From Psammoneis japonica (taxonomy: Eukaryota): 64,000 bases of DNA. Numbering within the stretch: position 1 is the first letter of the stretch; each line of letters opens with the position of its first letter. The position numbers and the translations under genes are program-made. This document shows, in pieces, positions 24,216 to 37,600 of this stretch. The stretch covers positions 248,001 to 312,000 of the forward strand of contig QPGO01000069.1 in the NCBI GenBank assembly GCA_008632985.1, read 5' to 3'. Under the pieces are notes generated by a model. That model was not told the origin of the DNA. It was given only the letters and a program-made list of their open reading frames with translations, and searched no databases.

Positions 24216-27200
24216 ATGGCGAAGCCTTCGCCAAAGGACAGCGACTCCAAGCGAGTGGAGCGCGTTCATGTCTATCAACCAAAGTTTGCTGCGGGTAGCA
24301 GTCGTCGAAGTATCAGGTTGTACCATGTCGTCTTTCTTGTTCTTTATGTATACCAAATCTATTGGAGCGTTTCGACGATTGGAGAGCCGTATCGAAAGTT
24401 TCTCGAAAAGGCAGAACGTGAGGGATTTCAAGGTAAATTTGAATACAAATTTTCAAATTAATTTCATATTCATGACATTTGAATAAGAAATCTTATCTCG
24501 TCATTTTCTCACGTGCCTTTTTATCTTTTTTTTTATCCCAAAGTTATGGAGGGTCAAACCAAAATGCGAGCTGAATTGGAGCACTCCTTAGGTGATATCA
24601 ATGATCCTGATCGTCGTACAAAAAAGATCGGTTGGTTTGATTGGATGGACGCTGATATCGAAGAAATGGCAGAGCTCAAACGACGCGAGAAAGAAAAGAC
24701 CGTGTTGGATTCATTGCCGAAAAGCATGCGCGTACCCTCAAGGTATGCGCCAGCCTTTACACCCATGTTGATTCTAGGTATCCTAGCGACACTCCATGCT
24801 CTTGTAGTGTTGATGCAGCACTGGTCTGTTGGATTTTTGGTGTGGCTAAACTATCGTGAAATTGATTCCGATGACGTAGTTGTTCCTGATGATATCATGG
24901 AGTTGAATCTCGACGAAGAGGAAGATGCAACCACGAAAAGTGCAACGAATAAGAGCAATGCCAAATCGGGTGAACCTGACTGGGAAAGGGCGGTGACGGA
25001 TGTACCCTCGTATCTTCCTACTCATGCCCGGGTAGTACCATCTGCTGGTCGTCACGTTCTTGTTCCGCTGGTTTATCTCCCGACCATGGGAATGACCTTT
25101 GAATACCATCGTCGTCGCTATATCTATGACGCGGACTCGTCAACTTGGACCAAAATTCGATGCCGCACCGACTTGCCTCTCCCATTTTTTGATTCGTGGA
25201 CTGGTTTTGACAGCATGCAAACCCTGATTGCCGGACAGATTCGTTATGGACCCAACATTTTCAATGTCAAACAGCCCACCTTTTCTGAAATGTACAAGGC
25301 TCAGCTTCTCAGTCCCTTTACTGTCTTTCAGCTCTTTTGTGTCATTCTCTGGATGCTAGACGACTACTGGCAATATTCCTTCTTTACTCTCTTTATGATT
25401 CTCACCTTTGAGGCGACTGTGGTGTTTTCGCGACTCAAGAGTCTCCAAGCGCTCTCGGGGATGGGAAACAAGACTCGACTTGTATGGGTTCATCGATTAG
25501 GAAAGTGGACCTCTGTTGATAGTACCGAGTTACTTCCCGGGGATGTCTTGAGTCTGACGCGAGTCAAGCCACACTATGCCCAAAACGACGACAAGAAGCC
25601 GTCTGTCGGTAACGTGGAGGACGAAGGCGGTGATATTGTCCCCGCAGACGTGCTTCTTCTTCGTGGATCGACTGTTGTCAATGAGGCGAGTCTCACGGGT
25701 GAATCGGTGCCACAAATGAAGGAGGGACTTGTGGATCTCGAACAAGACGAAAAGTTGAGTATGAAAGTGAAGCACAAGAGTCACGTCATGTATGCAGGCA
25801 CAAAGATGCTCCAATGCCGTGGCGCCTTGGAAGTCATTGAAGACGACAAAGAAAACGGATCGTCCGCTGACGAGGCAAGCAAGCTGTACAGTGATATCCC
25901 AAACCCTCCGGACGGCGGTTGTTTGTGTTTTGTGCTGCGCACAGGCTTCTCCTCCGCACAAGGAAAACTGGTACGAATGATGAGGGTTCTCAAGAGAAAG
26001 TCAAAGGACACGAAAAGGAGACGGGACTTTTGTTGTTGCTCTTGTTCTTCTTTGCGGTTGCGAGTTCATCATATGTGCTGTACCACGGTCTTCAAAATGA
26101 CAACCGTAGTCAATACGAGTTGTTGCTCCATTGCATTTTGATTATCACGAGCGTTATTCCACCGGAGCTACCCATGCAAATGGCACTCGCGGTGAACAAC
26201 AGTCTCATGACACTCATGAAAATGCAAATCTTTTGCACCGAACCATTTCGAGTACCAATTGCTGGAAAGCTTGACTCTTGCTTGTTTGATAAGACGGGCA
26301 CTTTGACGACGGACGAGCTTGTAGCTGTTGGCGTTTGCGAGCCAAAGAAGTTGAAGTCCCTCAGTGGCCGCATCGGTGAAGAACAGGAATTCCTGACGGG
26401 TATGACCAAGTTGGTGAATGAAGCTGCATTGGTGTTGGCTGGTTGCCACTCTCTCATTAACATTGACGGCGAAACCACGGGAGACCCCTTGGAGAGCGCG
26501 GCGCTCGGTGCCATGCGCTGGTGCGTGTCAAAGTCGACTGGATTTTCGGTACCTGCTGATGCCACGGAGAAGAAACCGGCCGGAAAGAAGCTCAACATAG
26601 CTGGAAGCTCAAACACGGCGGAACTAGAAATTCTTGTCAGGCACCACTTTAGCTCGAAGCTTCAGCGCATGAGCTGTGTTGTTTGGGATGTGTCAAACAA
26701 GAAGCACTATGCGGTTGCGAAGGGTTCACCTGAGGCCATTGGAGATCTGTTGTCGTCAAAGCCTGAGGGGTACGATGCTACCGCGAAGAAACTTTCAAAG
26801 GAAGGCTATAGAGTGATCTCTTTGGCTTACAAGGCATTGGGTTCCCAATCTGATGTGGACGCTGCAAAAGACGCTCGAGCCAGCTGTGAGTCAGGCCTGA
26901 TATTTGCCGGATTCATTGCCTTTACGTGTCGCGTCCGGAAGGACACTGCTGCGGTTCTACGGCGGCTGAAAGAAGGCGGTATGAGCGTTGCAATGGTTAC
27001 CGGAGACGCCTTGCTCACTGCAGCCCATGTTGCAAAGGAAGTTGGAATCTGTGAGCCGATTGGTGGCATGGACGAGCCTCCACCTGTTGAGGAAACAAAT
27101 GAAGAGTTGAAGGAGCTACTCGAGAAAAGAAGAAAACCAACGGCTCGAGCAAAAACCAGTAAAGAGAAAAAGCCAAAGGAGTTCAGACCAATTCTTATTC

Positions 27201-29136
27201 TGGAGCAGAGCAAGAACGGGACTATGTTTTGGCAAAGCTACGAGAACGAATCGAAAGTGGACGAGTTTGTAGCTACTGAGATTCCTCGTTTAGCAAAAGA
27301 GTACGATCTGGCAACAACGGGAAAGAATCTTGCCGCTGCCTTCGAATTTGATGAGCAGATCAAGAGCTTTCTCGGGTGCTTTAAAGTGTTTGCTAGAATG
27401 ACCCCAGATGCGAAAGAGACGGTGATCGAGTGCCTTCATTCTGTTGGAGCTCTTTGCTTAATGTGCGGCGATGGTGCGAACGACGTTGGCGCGTTGAAGC
27501 AGGCTGACGTGGGTGTCGCCCTTCTCTCCGGCTTCGGCGATGTCAATGTCGACAAAGGCGAGGATACGGTCAAGAAGGCAGCCGAACCTCCAGGCGCTGC
27601 CGCTGCCACAGCAATGATTAGTCAGCAAGAGCTCGATACCCTGCGAATGCTCCCTGTTAGCCTGATCAAAGGAAAGATTCGTAGCATCGGTGTGGACCCT
27701 GACAAGTATCCGGATCTCATTGAAAAGGATGATCTCGTGAAACTTTATCAGATTAAGGCTCGTGAGGTAGCTGTGAAAAGGCACACTATGAGGAACAAGA
27801 GAAGTGAACTTCAAGCGAAGAAAAAGGATGCGAACCTGGAGAGGCAACGAAAACTGATGCAGAGAACACAAGAGCTGGAGGCGCAAGGCGTGCAGTGGGC
27901 GCAGTTCAAGGCAATGAAGGAATTCATGGCAGAGGAGATGGCGGAGGCCAAAAAGAAGAAAGCCGCAGGCGGTATTGAGGGCTCTGCAGCCGCAATGGCC
28001 GCCCAACTGGAAGATTTGGAAACCGGAGACCTTCCCATGGTAAAGATCGGGGACGCAAGTATTGCGGCCCCCTTCACCAGCAAGATGCCAAGTATTAGAA
28101 GCTGTGTAGACATCGTTCGTCAGGGAAGGTGCACTCTAGTGTCCAGCATACAAATGGTAGGTGCCGGGAGTTCTTGTTTGCTGCCCAAACCTGTCTTATT
28201 GTTCTCACCGTACTATCTTCGGTTTCGAATCAGTATCAAATTATGGCGCTGAACTGCCTTATCAGCTCGTATTCTCTCTCTGTCTTGTATCTTGATGGAG
28301 TCAAATACGGCGACACGCAAATGACTGCAATGGGCATGCTCATGTCCATTTCATTCATGTCCGTTTCTCGATCCAAGCCGTTAGACAAGTTGTCTGCGGT
28401 TCGACCGCTTACGTCTATTTTTCATCCGGCGCTGTTCATCAGCCTTTTGGGGCAGTTTGCGGTTCACTTGGCTACAATGTATATCGCAGTTCGAAGCGCA
28501 AAATCGCACTTACCAGAAGATTACGAAGTGGATCTCGAAGGAGTGTTCAAGCCTGGTATTGTCAACAGCGTAGTGTTCCTTGTTAGCAATGTGCAACAGG
28601 TGACAGTGTTTGTGGTGAACTTGCAAGGGCGACCTTTCATGACTGGTCTTACGGAGAATCGCCCTCTGCTCTGGAGTCTTGCTGCTACTTTCATCTTGAC
28701 ATTTATGTTTGCAAGCGAGTCGGTTCCCGGTCTGAACAAATACTTCCAGCTAGTTCCCTTCCCCGACGACGCCTTCCGAGACTTCATTCTCAAAATTTTG
28801 GCTGTGGATGTTGGAGCATCGTTCATGTTGGATCGTTTGTTGAAATTCGTTTTCTGTCCAAGTATACTGGCCGCCAGTGTCAAGGGAACTACGTTGAAGG
28901 ATGTGTTTGGCCTAGTGAGGACAATAGGGGTGATATTCTTTCTCATGTTTATGTTCCTCGGCAACGACGAGCAATGGGAAGAAATGCTTGCGGAGGAGGA
29001 GCGACTTGCAGCGTTGGCAAACGGTACCGCGGAAAACGCAACTGATGTGGTGGTGGAAGCGGTCAAGACTGCTGCAGAAGCATGCGTTGGTGCTGCTTGC
29101 GGCGGTGATGCTGCCAACACTGGAGACGAGTTTTGA
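24216..29136 (+). CDS. P5A-type ATPase (Spf1/ATP13A1-like); introns 24433-24543 and 28157-28233, apparent frameshift near 25981
   Basis: Motifs SPFTVFQLFCVILWMLDDYWQYS, NEASLTGES, IITSVIPPELPMQMALAVN, DKTGTLT, TGD, MCGDGANDVGALKQA, GDASIAAPFTSK. Confidence 0.93.
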
Positions 29137-29258
29137 ATTGTGATGTCTCTTTCCTACTAGATAAGCATATGGAAGTTTTGTTATTCTATAGTATATGAGT
29201 TCCATCCTGTCATTGTAAGATTGGCGTTCGTGATCGTAGCTTCATCAATAATTAATGA

Positions 29259-30842
29259 TTAGAACGTCGCAACGCTCCACTTCATCCCTGATGTGTCCGC
29301 ATCCAGTTCGTCTCGTCTATCAGCTCTCGCTTTATTTTGACTAGACTTGAGGGAGTTTTGATTCGACCTGTCTAAATTTCGCTTTCGTTTAGGTGGAAAA
29401 TACCTTTCGCCCTTGACGTTTCTAGTCCATTCGAAAGGAGGCTCAAAGATCTGCGCTCCGTCTTCATCTGTTGTCATGACATTAGAAGCCAATTGATTAT
29501 ACAATTCAGGGGATGCGGCTTCTTCCAATCTTTCCAATACTTTTCTACCGACTTGACCCGCCTCGCAGCATTGCCGAAAGACGTTATCCACAATTTTATC
29601 TCGCTCGGATCCCGGAGGCAGTGTTGTGGCACAAACATTTAGAAATGCAGCGTACGTAACAAAGTTTGGGTTTCCGTAGTCTGAATACCGGAGCTCTTCC
29701 ATTGTTAGTTGTGCAATCCGGAATGCATCTTCCTTTTCAGAATCATCCGCGGGTGACTTGCAGGCATTAATGACAGACGTGAAGACGATTGCGTTGGGTT
29801 TCAGCAGTGTGTTGTTTTCTTGTTCGTATTGTTTTCGCATGTGTTGGAGAATCTTGTACGCATTGCGTGCCTTTTGTGGTTCCATGCTATTAGACCACGC
29901 ATGAATAACGGCCGAATAGCAATGACCGTTTGGCTCCAAATGCGAGTCACCCTGTTCATGTTGGGACTTTAGAAATTCTAGTACTTGCTCTGCTTTTTGC
30001 GGTGCGCCATGGACTCCGGATCTTGCCCATGCTGAAATGAGAGATTGGTACGTGCACACATCTGGCCGACACTCCTCGTGCTCGCCCGATTCATACCGTT
30101 CCACCATTCGCTGTACCAATTTTTCTGCTCGCTGTGCCCTATCCGCCATTCGGCTCGTCGCGCATGCGTGCAAGACTGTGTTGTAAGTGATGTGATTGGG
30201 GTTGAACCCATTCTTTTCCATGTATTCGAGTATAGCTTCAGCTCGGTTCCCTGCATCTGGCGCACCACTCTTGGCCCAAGCGGCAACCAGAGTAGACATG
30301 GAAACCACATCGGGCCGAATATGATCAATGCCATGCTCTTGTCTCAGCTGCTTCATCCACTGAAGTACATTTCCCACCATTCCTGGAGCATCCGCTTGTC
30401 TGGACTTGGCCCAACCATCCATAATTATATTAAACAGTTTTGTATCAAGAGCTGCTCCTTGGTTCCCCGCCAAGCTTTCACTAACATAACGTTGCATGAG
30501 TGATTCGGCTCGCTGTGCTCCCAAAGTCGACTTTTTTCTGGCCCATGCCGTCATGGCTGGGACCATTTGTCGAAGAACGACGGCACTCGCTTCCCCGACC
30601 GGTTGTTCTTCAAGTCGTTTATGAACCCACGTAAGCCAATGACGTTCACTGATCCACCGAGAATCATCTTCGTCGTTACTTTCCATTGCCTTTGCAACTT
30701 GCAAAACAACACTTTTGTTCCGTGGGAGTAGATGCCGTTGCAACGAAGCGAGAGACGTGGGAGACTGAACCGAAAACCCATTGGCGAAATCAAAACCGAT
30801 TGCCATCAAAGCAACCACCACATGCGGGATACAAAACCTCAT
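29259..30842 (-). CDS. Pentatricopeptide repeat (PPR) protein, probably plastid-targeted
   Basis: Repeated P(D/N)xxxY(N/S)xxIxAW(A/S)xS motifs spaced about 35-45 aa apart. Signal peptide followed by F (ANG-FSV). Confidence 0.88.
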   Translation of the reverse strand: MRFCIPHVVVALMAIGFDFANGFSVQSPTSLASLQRHLLPRNKSVVLQVAKAMESNDEDDSRWISERHWLTWVHKRLEEQPVGEASAVVLRQMVPAMTAWARKKSTLGAQRAESLMQRYVSESLAGNQGAALDTKLFNIIMDGWAKSRQADAPGMVGNVLQWMKQLRQEHGIDHIRPDVVSMSTLVAAWAKSGAPDAGNRAEAILEYMEKNGFNPNHITYNTVLHACATSRMADRAQRAEKLVQRMVERYESGEHEECRPDVCTYQSLISAWARSGVHGAPQKAEQVLEFLKSQHEQGDSHLEPNGHCYSAVIHAWSNSMEPQKARNAYKILQHMRKQYEQENNTLLKPNAIVFTSVINACKSPADDSEKEDAFRIAQLTMEELRYSDYGNPNFVTYAAFLNVCATTLPPGSERDKIVDNVFRQCCEAGQVGRKVLERLEEAASPELYNQLASNVMTTDEDGAQIFEPPFEWTRNVKGERYFPPKRKRNLDRSNQNSLKSSQNKARADRRDELDADTSGMKWSVATF

Positions 30843-31172
30843 TCTTCCTCTCAAATCTAGCAGGGTTTCTCACAGCGGTGCCGCCTTCCGCCTTCGCCAT
30901 TGCCGCAGAACGCAGAACAAAATGGCGGTGTTGGTTGATTGGTGATTGATCGACTGACGTACGACGTCCGTACGTCCTTACGATTTGTGAGTGCGTCGGT
31001 GGATTTGGGTGCCTTCTGCTCGTCTGAGATGAAGTGTTCGGCTCTGTTCGTTTTCGTTCCAATGTTTTTGCTTTTTGGTTTTGATCACAACAATGATGGA
31101 AACAGGGAGGAGGCGCGGCCGTTGACCTGTTCTGTTTGATTTATTGCAATACTAAATGAAGTTTACTCAACA

Positions 31173-32300
31173 ATGACAATTCAACATGAAAATTGGTGCC
31201 CAACGTGTGAAGAAGCTTGTCACGATCATGCCACGATTTGCACAGTGTGTGGTTCCAATCTACAAGCTCCGCCGCAGCGGCGATCGTCAACAACAGCATC
31301 TGCTGCCAGGATAAGACCGTTTCCGCCAGAATTACAAAACGAGCTGAATCAGGCGAATGATGAGTTAAGATTAATGCTGGTGTCCCTTCGTAATGAAATG
31401 GTGCCGATTCGGAGAGCAAACAACAACGAAGCTGCAGCCGCACAGAACAACAACGACGAGTGGCAGGCGATTCCTGTAGAAGCGATGGACCCTCAAGCAT
31501 CACGACCAAAATCGAGAGCCACCGCAAAGGCTACTCTGGAAGCCTTACCTCGTATTGTTCTTGAATCGAAAAGTTCCCTCTTGCATCAAGCCGTGTTCGA
31601 GGTCGCGTCAACTACTGAGCCGCAGAAATCAAAACGTTTTGTTGCACTCTTGGGAGAGTTTGGTCCCGCTCCACCACACTTGTTTCGCAATGCTTCGCTC
31701 GTCATCTCAAAGCCTAGAACCGGAAAGGGAGGCTTGAGCGAGGAGACACAATCGAACTTACGTCCGTCGGACCGTTCCCGTACAATTCTATACGTTGAGC
31801 GAGGTGATGGACTCACGTTTGTTCAAAAAGCCATCATGGCACAAGAGGCCGGGGCAAGCGCTGTTGTGATTGGAAACAACACGAGCTCGTCATGGCCCTA
31901 TGTCATGAAGGATTCCAAGGGAGAAGCAGAGTCGTGCGGTTTGTCTATTCCGGTCGTCATGGTGAAACAGAGCGATGGTGTGGAACTTGTAAAGCTGTGC
32001 AAGAAATCATCCACCAAAATACAGTGCTTGCTGGATATTCAAGAAAACCCAAACGACTGTGTTGTATGTCGTGATAGCTTTGAAATATCCCAAAAGGTGA
32101 TTCGACTGCCTTCGTGTGGACACGTCTTTCACGAAGCGTGTGCGCTTGCGTGGTTGACCCAACACAACACGTGTCCATACTGCCGACGAGAGTTGCCGAC
32201 CGATGATGAAGAATACGAACAAGAGAGACGACGTATTCAGCGAACCCATGCTGGTAGTCAAGGTACCGTCAACGATAATTGGCATGAATTCTATGGATAA
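31173..32300 (+). CDS. Zinc-ribbon + PA domain + RING-H2 E3 ubiquitin ligase-like protein
   Basis: N-terminal CPTC...CTVC. PA motif ILYVERGDGLTFVQKAIMAQEAGASAVVIGN...SIPVVMV. RING-H2 CVVC...PSCGHVFHEAC...WL..HNTCPYCRRELPTDD. Confidence 0.9.
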   Translation: MTIQHENWCPTCEEACHDHATICTVCGSNLQAPPQRRSSTTASAARIRPFPPELQNELNQANDELRLMLVSLRNEMVPIRRANNNEAAAAQNNNDEWQAIPVEAMDPQASRPKSRATAKATLEALPRIVLESKSSLLHQAVFEVASTTEPQKSKRFVALLGEFGPAPPHLFRNASLVISKPRTGKGGLSEETQSNLRPSDRSRTILYVERGDGLTFVQKAIMAQEAGASAVVIGNNTSSSWPYVMKDSKGEAESCGLSIPVVMVKQSDGVELVKLCKKSSTKIQCLLDIQENPNDCVVCRDSFEISQKVIRLPSCGHVFHEACALAWLTQHNTCPYCRRELPTDDEEYEQERRRIQRTHAGSQGTVNDNWHEFYG

Positions 32301-32831
32301 AGCTCAGTACACGACTGTCTCGCCAAGACCTTGCCTTTGTTGTTGCGAAAGCTATCTTTTCGTGCGAGAAAGCACTCGCTTTAAGGTAAAGCTCTCGAAC
32401 GAGCTTTGGGACTCTTTTTTTTCTGAGATAGAAGATAACAAAGAAATCAGAATTGTTGTTCCTATTGAAATGATTCAGTCAAGAGTCTGACAATAATACA
32501 GCACCAAATTGCATGCGAGCTCCGTCGGTATTTTTGGTCCTCCCGCATCGCGGGCGAGGGACGGACTGACTGTCTGTGTTGTCGCCGTTCGCGAATGATA
32601 ACCTTCACACTTGTAACCTATTTTATATTTCAATTGAATAGTATATGCAAGGAGTAGAGTAATAAATATGAGGAGAATTATTCGTACCGTATGAAATATA
32701 TAACGAACCAGTATCATGAATTGTCCGATATAGTTTTCTACATAAATCCTATGTACAGTACGCGTCGCCGCGGTAAACACACACCGCCGAGCGACACAAC
32801 ACCCATCTGCACACTTTGTGTTGTTGTGACC

Positions 32832-34561
32832 ATGAGCTACTTTGTTGCTGCGATTTCCAATGGTGGAGGCGCACCGGAGCAAGCCTATCGCAAGATGCAG
32901 TCTGCGGGAGCATGTCCCGAGGCTCCGTTTGCCGGTAAGAAACTGATGCATGTGATTGAAAATGGATCATTGTAGATAGCCGTTTGTACGCGCGTATCAT
33001 TTCCTGCTGCGTTTCTACGTGGATTTTGTACCAGATTTTGGACATAGTTGGAGTTCGCATGCTATTTAACGATGTGAAATTTGTAGCATACATTGGATCG
33101 AAGTAGTGTTCGCATCGGAATCGCCCAAGTCTGAGCATTCTCCCGCTCGGTCCGGACCCCCACCATGATGGAGCGCTTTCTACGCTCTCAAGTCGTCATG
33201 AACTCACCCTAATTTTTTGTTTCTTGCATGATGTAGAAATGTTCAAATTCGAGGTACCGTCCTTGACTGTCGGCACTCTGGATACTCTTATTGTAAGTTG
33301 TGAAAACTCCGCCAGAAAAAAGTATGTTCTCCCCAGATCATATGTAGTGTTTTATCTCAATCTTTTTGTGTCGCATGATAGAACCTGAGTGACGAATTGG
33401 TAAAGACGGATACTATTGTTGAGAGTATCGTTCGTAAGATCGAAAAGACTGGTATGGAATTGGCAGGAAAGGCTGGCGGCGATCTTACTGTCGGTGGCGT
33501 CCCTGCTCCCCGATACATCCAGCAGTTTGCCTGGGACTACGCCAAGTACCCCAACAGACGGCCTCTGAAGGAATTAGTCGCCCTGATTAGTGGAGGTGTA
33601 TCCGCAGTCGATGAGGAATTGAAGCAGTTGGGATCATCTTATAGTGCAAAGACGGAAGCTCTGTTGGACGCTCAGCGTAAGAAGGGCGGAAACCTTCTTG
33701 TTGCGGATCTCAACGATGTCCTAACGGAGGAAATTATGAGCAAGGTGGAGATACACGATACGGAATACCTTCGGACGGTGTTTATTGCGATTCCAAAGGG
33801 TCTTGTAGAGAACTTTGAGTCCGCCATTTATAAACTTGGCAACGACATTGTTGGCTACGGTGGTAAGACCAGTTTGACTTCCGACTGTTGCACTCAGCTT
33901 TGTAACACGCATTTGCTCAATCGTTCTTTGCATGTTGTTGCTAGGACCCGACTGGTGTGGTGATTCCAGCAAATTGGGAAAACCAGTTGCTTATGGTAAA
34001 TCTGTTGATCGTCACAACAAGAAGGGGTCGCCTGTCGTTCCTGGCTCATTGCAGACGGTCCACGAGGATAACGAGAGTACCCTCTTTGCGGTCACTATTT
34101 TGAAGGGCCAGTATGAGTCCGGTTATTATGAAGGAGATGATTTCCATCCCGGAACAAAAATTGATTTTGAGGAGGAGTTTGCAAAAGCATGCCGTGAAAA
34201 ACGTTTCGTGATCCGCCCATTCAAATACGATCCTTCGCAGGCTTCCAAATCTGCCATGGCTCTCGAGCAGCTTCAGGTAGAAGTTGACGGTATGAAGAGC
34301 GGCCTCACGCGGTGGTGCAAGACCCATTATGGAGAAGCCTATGTTGCGTGGATGCACATTAAGGTTATCCGCGTCTTTGTCGAAAGTGTACTTCGTTATG
34401 GCCTACCGGTCGACTTTACTGCGGTGCTGTACAAGGTGGCTCACGGAAAGGATCAGCAACTTACCGAAGCCCTTGATAGAGCACTTGGAGAACAAGCTGA
34501 GGAGGTTGATGAAATTGAAGAAGAATATCATGACTTTGTCCTTCTCAAGTTTGAAGCGTAG
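32832..34561 (+). CDS. ATP6V1C: V-type proton ATPase subunit C; introns ~32935-33236, 33293-33381, 33862-33943
   Basis: Spliced sequence FEVPSLTVGTLDTLI-NLSDELVK; motifs F.WDYAKYP, AWMHIKVIRVFVESVLRYGLP. Confidence 0.93.
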
Positions 34562-34650
34562 GAATTGAAAGGGTATAGATAAACCTTGCTTTTTTGTGGA
34601 GTGCATATTGATAATTGATTTTAGACTAGCTTAGCTTTTATGTTTACTGT

Positions 34651-37600
34651 TTATTCATTTTGTCCCTGGTCGTCGCGAGTTTTGCGTTTTCGTTTCCTGT
34701 GGGGACGAGCCTGCTTCACGGGTTTTCCCAACATGCTGACTCGAAACGTCGCATACACTGGGCGGTGGTCTGAGTGCATGGCATCGGGAACACTTCGGTA
34801 TTCAAGAACACGGACTCCAAAGGGCTTGAACAGCACTCGATCTGTCCAGGCAGGTATTCGTTGCTTGTGGGACGTATCATAATCTGATGTCCCTTTGTCA
34901 AATTTAAAGGTTGGCGGAAAGGTTATCTTTCCTTCGGAGAAGTTTGGAAAGGCTCTTTTCTCGCTAATTGTGCGAAGCAGTTGATCATGTCGAAGCAATT
35001 CTAGCCTCAATCGTTCTGCCTCTTGCGCGGCTGCGTCAGTTGGCTCTGAAGCGTGGTTTTCAAGCAAGCGAGACATTTCTTGAACAGTATTCTCAGCAAC
35101 CTCGCGTGGTAAATCGACGCGGTAATTCAGATCCCCGCATAGGAATATTCTGTCCATGGAATCTAGAAGATGCAAGCCAGTGCTCTTCAACTCACCAATA
35201 CCCGCTGCTGTTCCAGCATTTCTTTTAGGGGATAGAAACCTGGGAGGTGCCTGTGCCTCGAGTTCGCTCACGATGCGCCAGAAATCCATATCCCTGGCTT
35301 CGGAGTTCTTCACGTGCGCCGCCATGTGGGCTGTCAGAAAGAGCATTCGTAGCGATTTTGCTCTGGGAGTGGGGTCTTGACCACCCCGCTCCTTACTAGA
35401 CTCTCGAGCTTTCATTTGCACAAAAGCTGCAATGCTGCCCTTGTTGTGAAACACGTTGCCGATCCCACACGCAACGTCCGCAATACTGACAAACTCAACA
35501 TCCGAAAGGATAGCTCGTTTGCAGAACAAACCAAACTGCACTCCTCCTAGGCTATGCATCGCAAGAGGAACGTAGTTCTTACCAAGCATCTTGATCATGA
35601 GTCTACGGAACTCTCGAGATCGATGACCTTCAGCGCGTCTCGGTTTCACGTTCTCGCACTCTTGTCCCGATATGAGAACAACGTCACTACCGCCGTTGTC
35701 TCTTTGCCGTTTAGTTCCACGTTTTGATTTTCCAGGAATACACGATTGTCGGAATTTGCGAATAAAGGATGCATCTTCTTCAGCGGGCGCAAGTTCTGCT
35801 AGATTCCAGGTCACAACCGAAACCGTAATGTCCCTATCGTCATCGTCCATTTCTTCAAGAGACTGAAGGTCAGCCTTCTTGTACGTGGCACGGATTTCTT
35901 TCTCAGCAGGGACATCATCATCTGCTTCTAGCGCCTCTATGGAAGTTTTGGCTCCTCCATCTATATCTGTTGCAGTGTCCTCGTTGTCTGCATCAGCAAC
36001 AGCATGGCTATCATCAACAGCTGGGCATACCTCGCTTTCTTTGATTGAGGGTGACTCATCTTGCGCTTTTTCTATGTCATGCTCAGACCCGTTCTTACGA
36101 GGTTTGGTTTCTTCAGACTCGTCAGCTCCTATGTGGTGATAATCCAGCTCTGTTTCTGCATCTACTGTATCTTTCTCGACGTCATCGTCACTATCATCTT
36201 CGTCTCCGTTATTTTGCGAGTCATCTTTCATCATACTAGTGGCTTCCAAGGCATCCCTGGCTGTTGTCTTGCCGGACGGGCCTGCACTCCCATCTTGAGA
36301 GGCGTTTTCTGTCGGAAGAGTAGGCGCTTCTGTCTCTTCCTCCGTTTCTACGTCGGATGATTCGGTGTCTTGAGCTGTACTGCTTTCCTCCTCCGTCACA
36401 TGTTGGCAAGCATTGTCGCGGTCGCCGTTTTCCTGTCCTTCCACTGCTTCTAACATCACATCCGCATCCGTGGCATTCGCAGCACGCTCCCCGTCTAAGC
36501 TACTGACACTTTCTTCGTCTTCAGCAACAACCGCATCGTGCTCCCCATCCATGTCTGTGTCAGCACTTTCTTCGTCGTCGCTGCCTTCAGTAACAGCCGC
36601 TTTATCCTCGCCGCCTGAGTCTGCGTCTTCACTTTCTTCTTCATCACTGTCTCCAGAAACAACCACGCCCAACGATTCTTGTTTACCTCCCTCCTCTGGT
36701 TCTTGTTGTGCTTCTATTACTTCGGCGCTTCTTTCGTCATCGCTGTCATACGCGACTTCCGTCACATCTTCTTGCGCCTCTTCCTCCTCCTCCGATTCGT
36801 CTTCTTCTTCGGTAGTTTCTTCATCGAAGCTGTGATCAACAGCGATTACATCTGGCATATCTTCTTCCTCGATTTTTTCTTCTATTTCCTTTCTTTCGGC
36901 TTTTTCTTCTTGCTCTAGCACTTCTTGATTGCTCGTTGATACTTGATCTACGATATCTTGAGCTCGTTCTGCCGCAACCGATTCGGTAAGGCCAGCATCG
37001 CTCTCAGAGTCTGCATGCCCTACGAGCACCGATTCCTCAGCGTTCTTCAGAGCATCGGCAGTTATTTCATTGTTGGTGGTTTCCGTATAAGCTTCTTCAA
37101 CGGTTGGAGTGTTTGTTTCAATGACGCCCTTGTCGATATCCGCATCAATGGGAGTTACATACACAGTTTCAGTAGGTTGTATTTCAGTATCCTCCTTTTG
37201 AAGGGCTTGTTCAATCTCCTCTTTTTGTTTCTCTTCACCTAGATCAATCGTTACAAACTTATTTGGAGCTTCTTCTGTCAAAGGCGGATATGCTCCTTCT
37301 GTTGCTGATTTCGATCCCTCGCTGTCTGTTGTTTCTCCCGGTGACAGCTCCCCATTGAGATTACTGAGCTCGGGAGAACTTGCTTGTTTCATATCCGATT
37401 CCCTTGACTCTTCTGCCAATGGAGGCGGTTGTGTATGAGTTTCTTCCTCCTCACCAGCTTGTTCTGCTGTCGGTTCGGCACCTCCCTCCCCAACATCGGA
37501 TGCAGAAAATATACGGGAGACGCGTCGTTTCCTTTTGACTCTGCCCATCTTCTTCACATGTTGTGTAGCAGACTTGACGGTAATCTCCGCATCATTCGAT

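Noticed and set aside
5400..26000. Single-base frameshifts in the EEP gene (~5420), SEPSECS (~20510), the methyltransferase (~22678, ~22825) and the P5A-ATPase (~25981) as programmed frameshifting or pseudogenes
   Set aside because: All look like one missing base, several in short homopolymers, in otherwise intact conserved genes. Consensus sequencing error is the simplest explanation; check raw reads.
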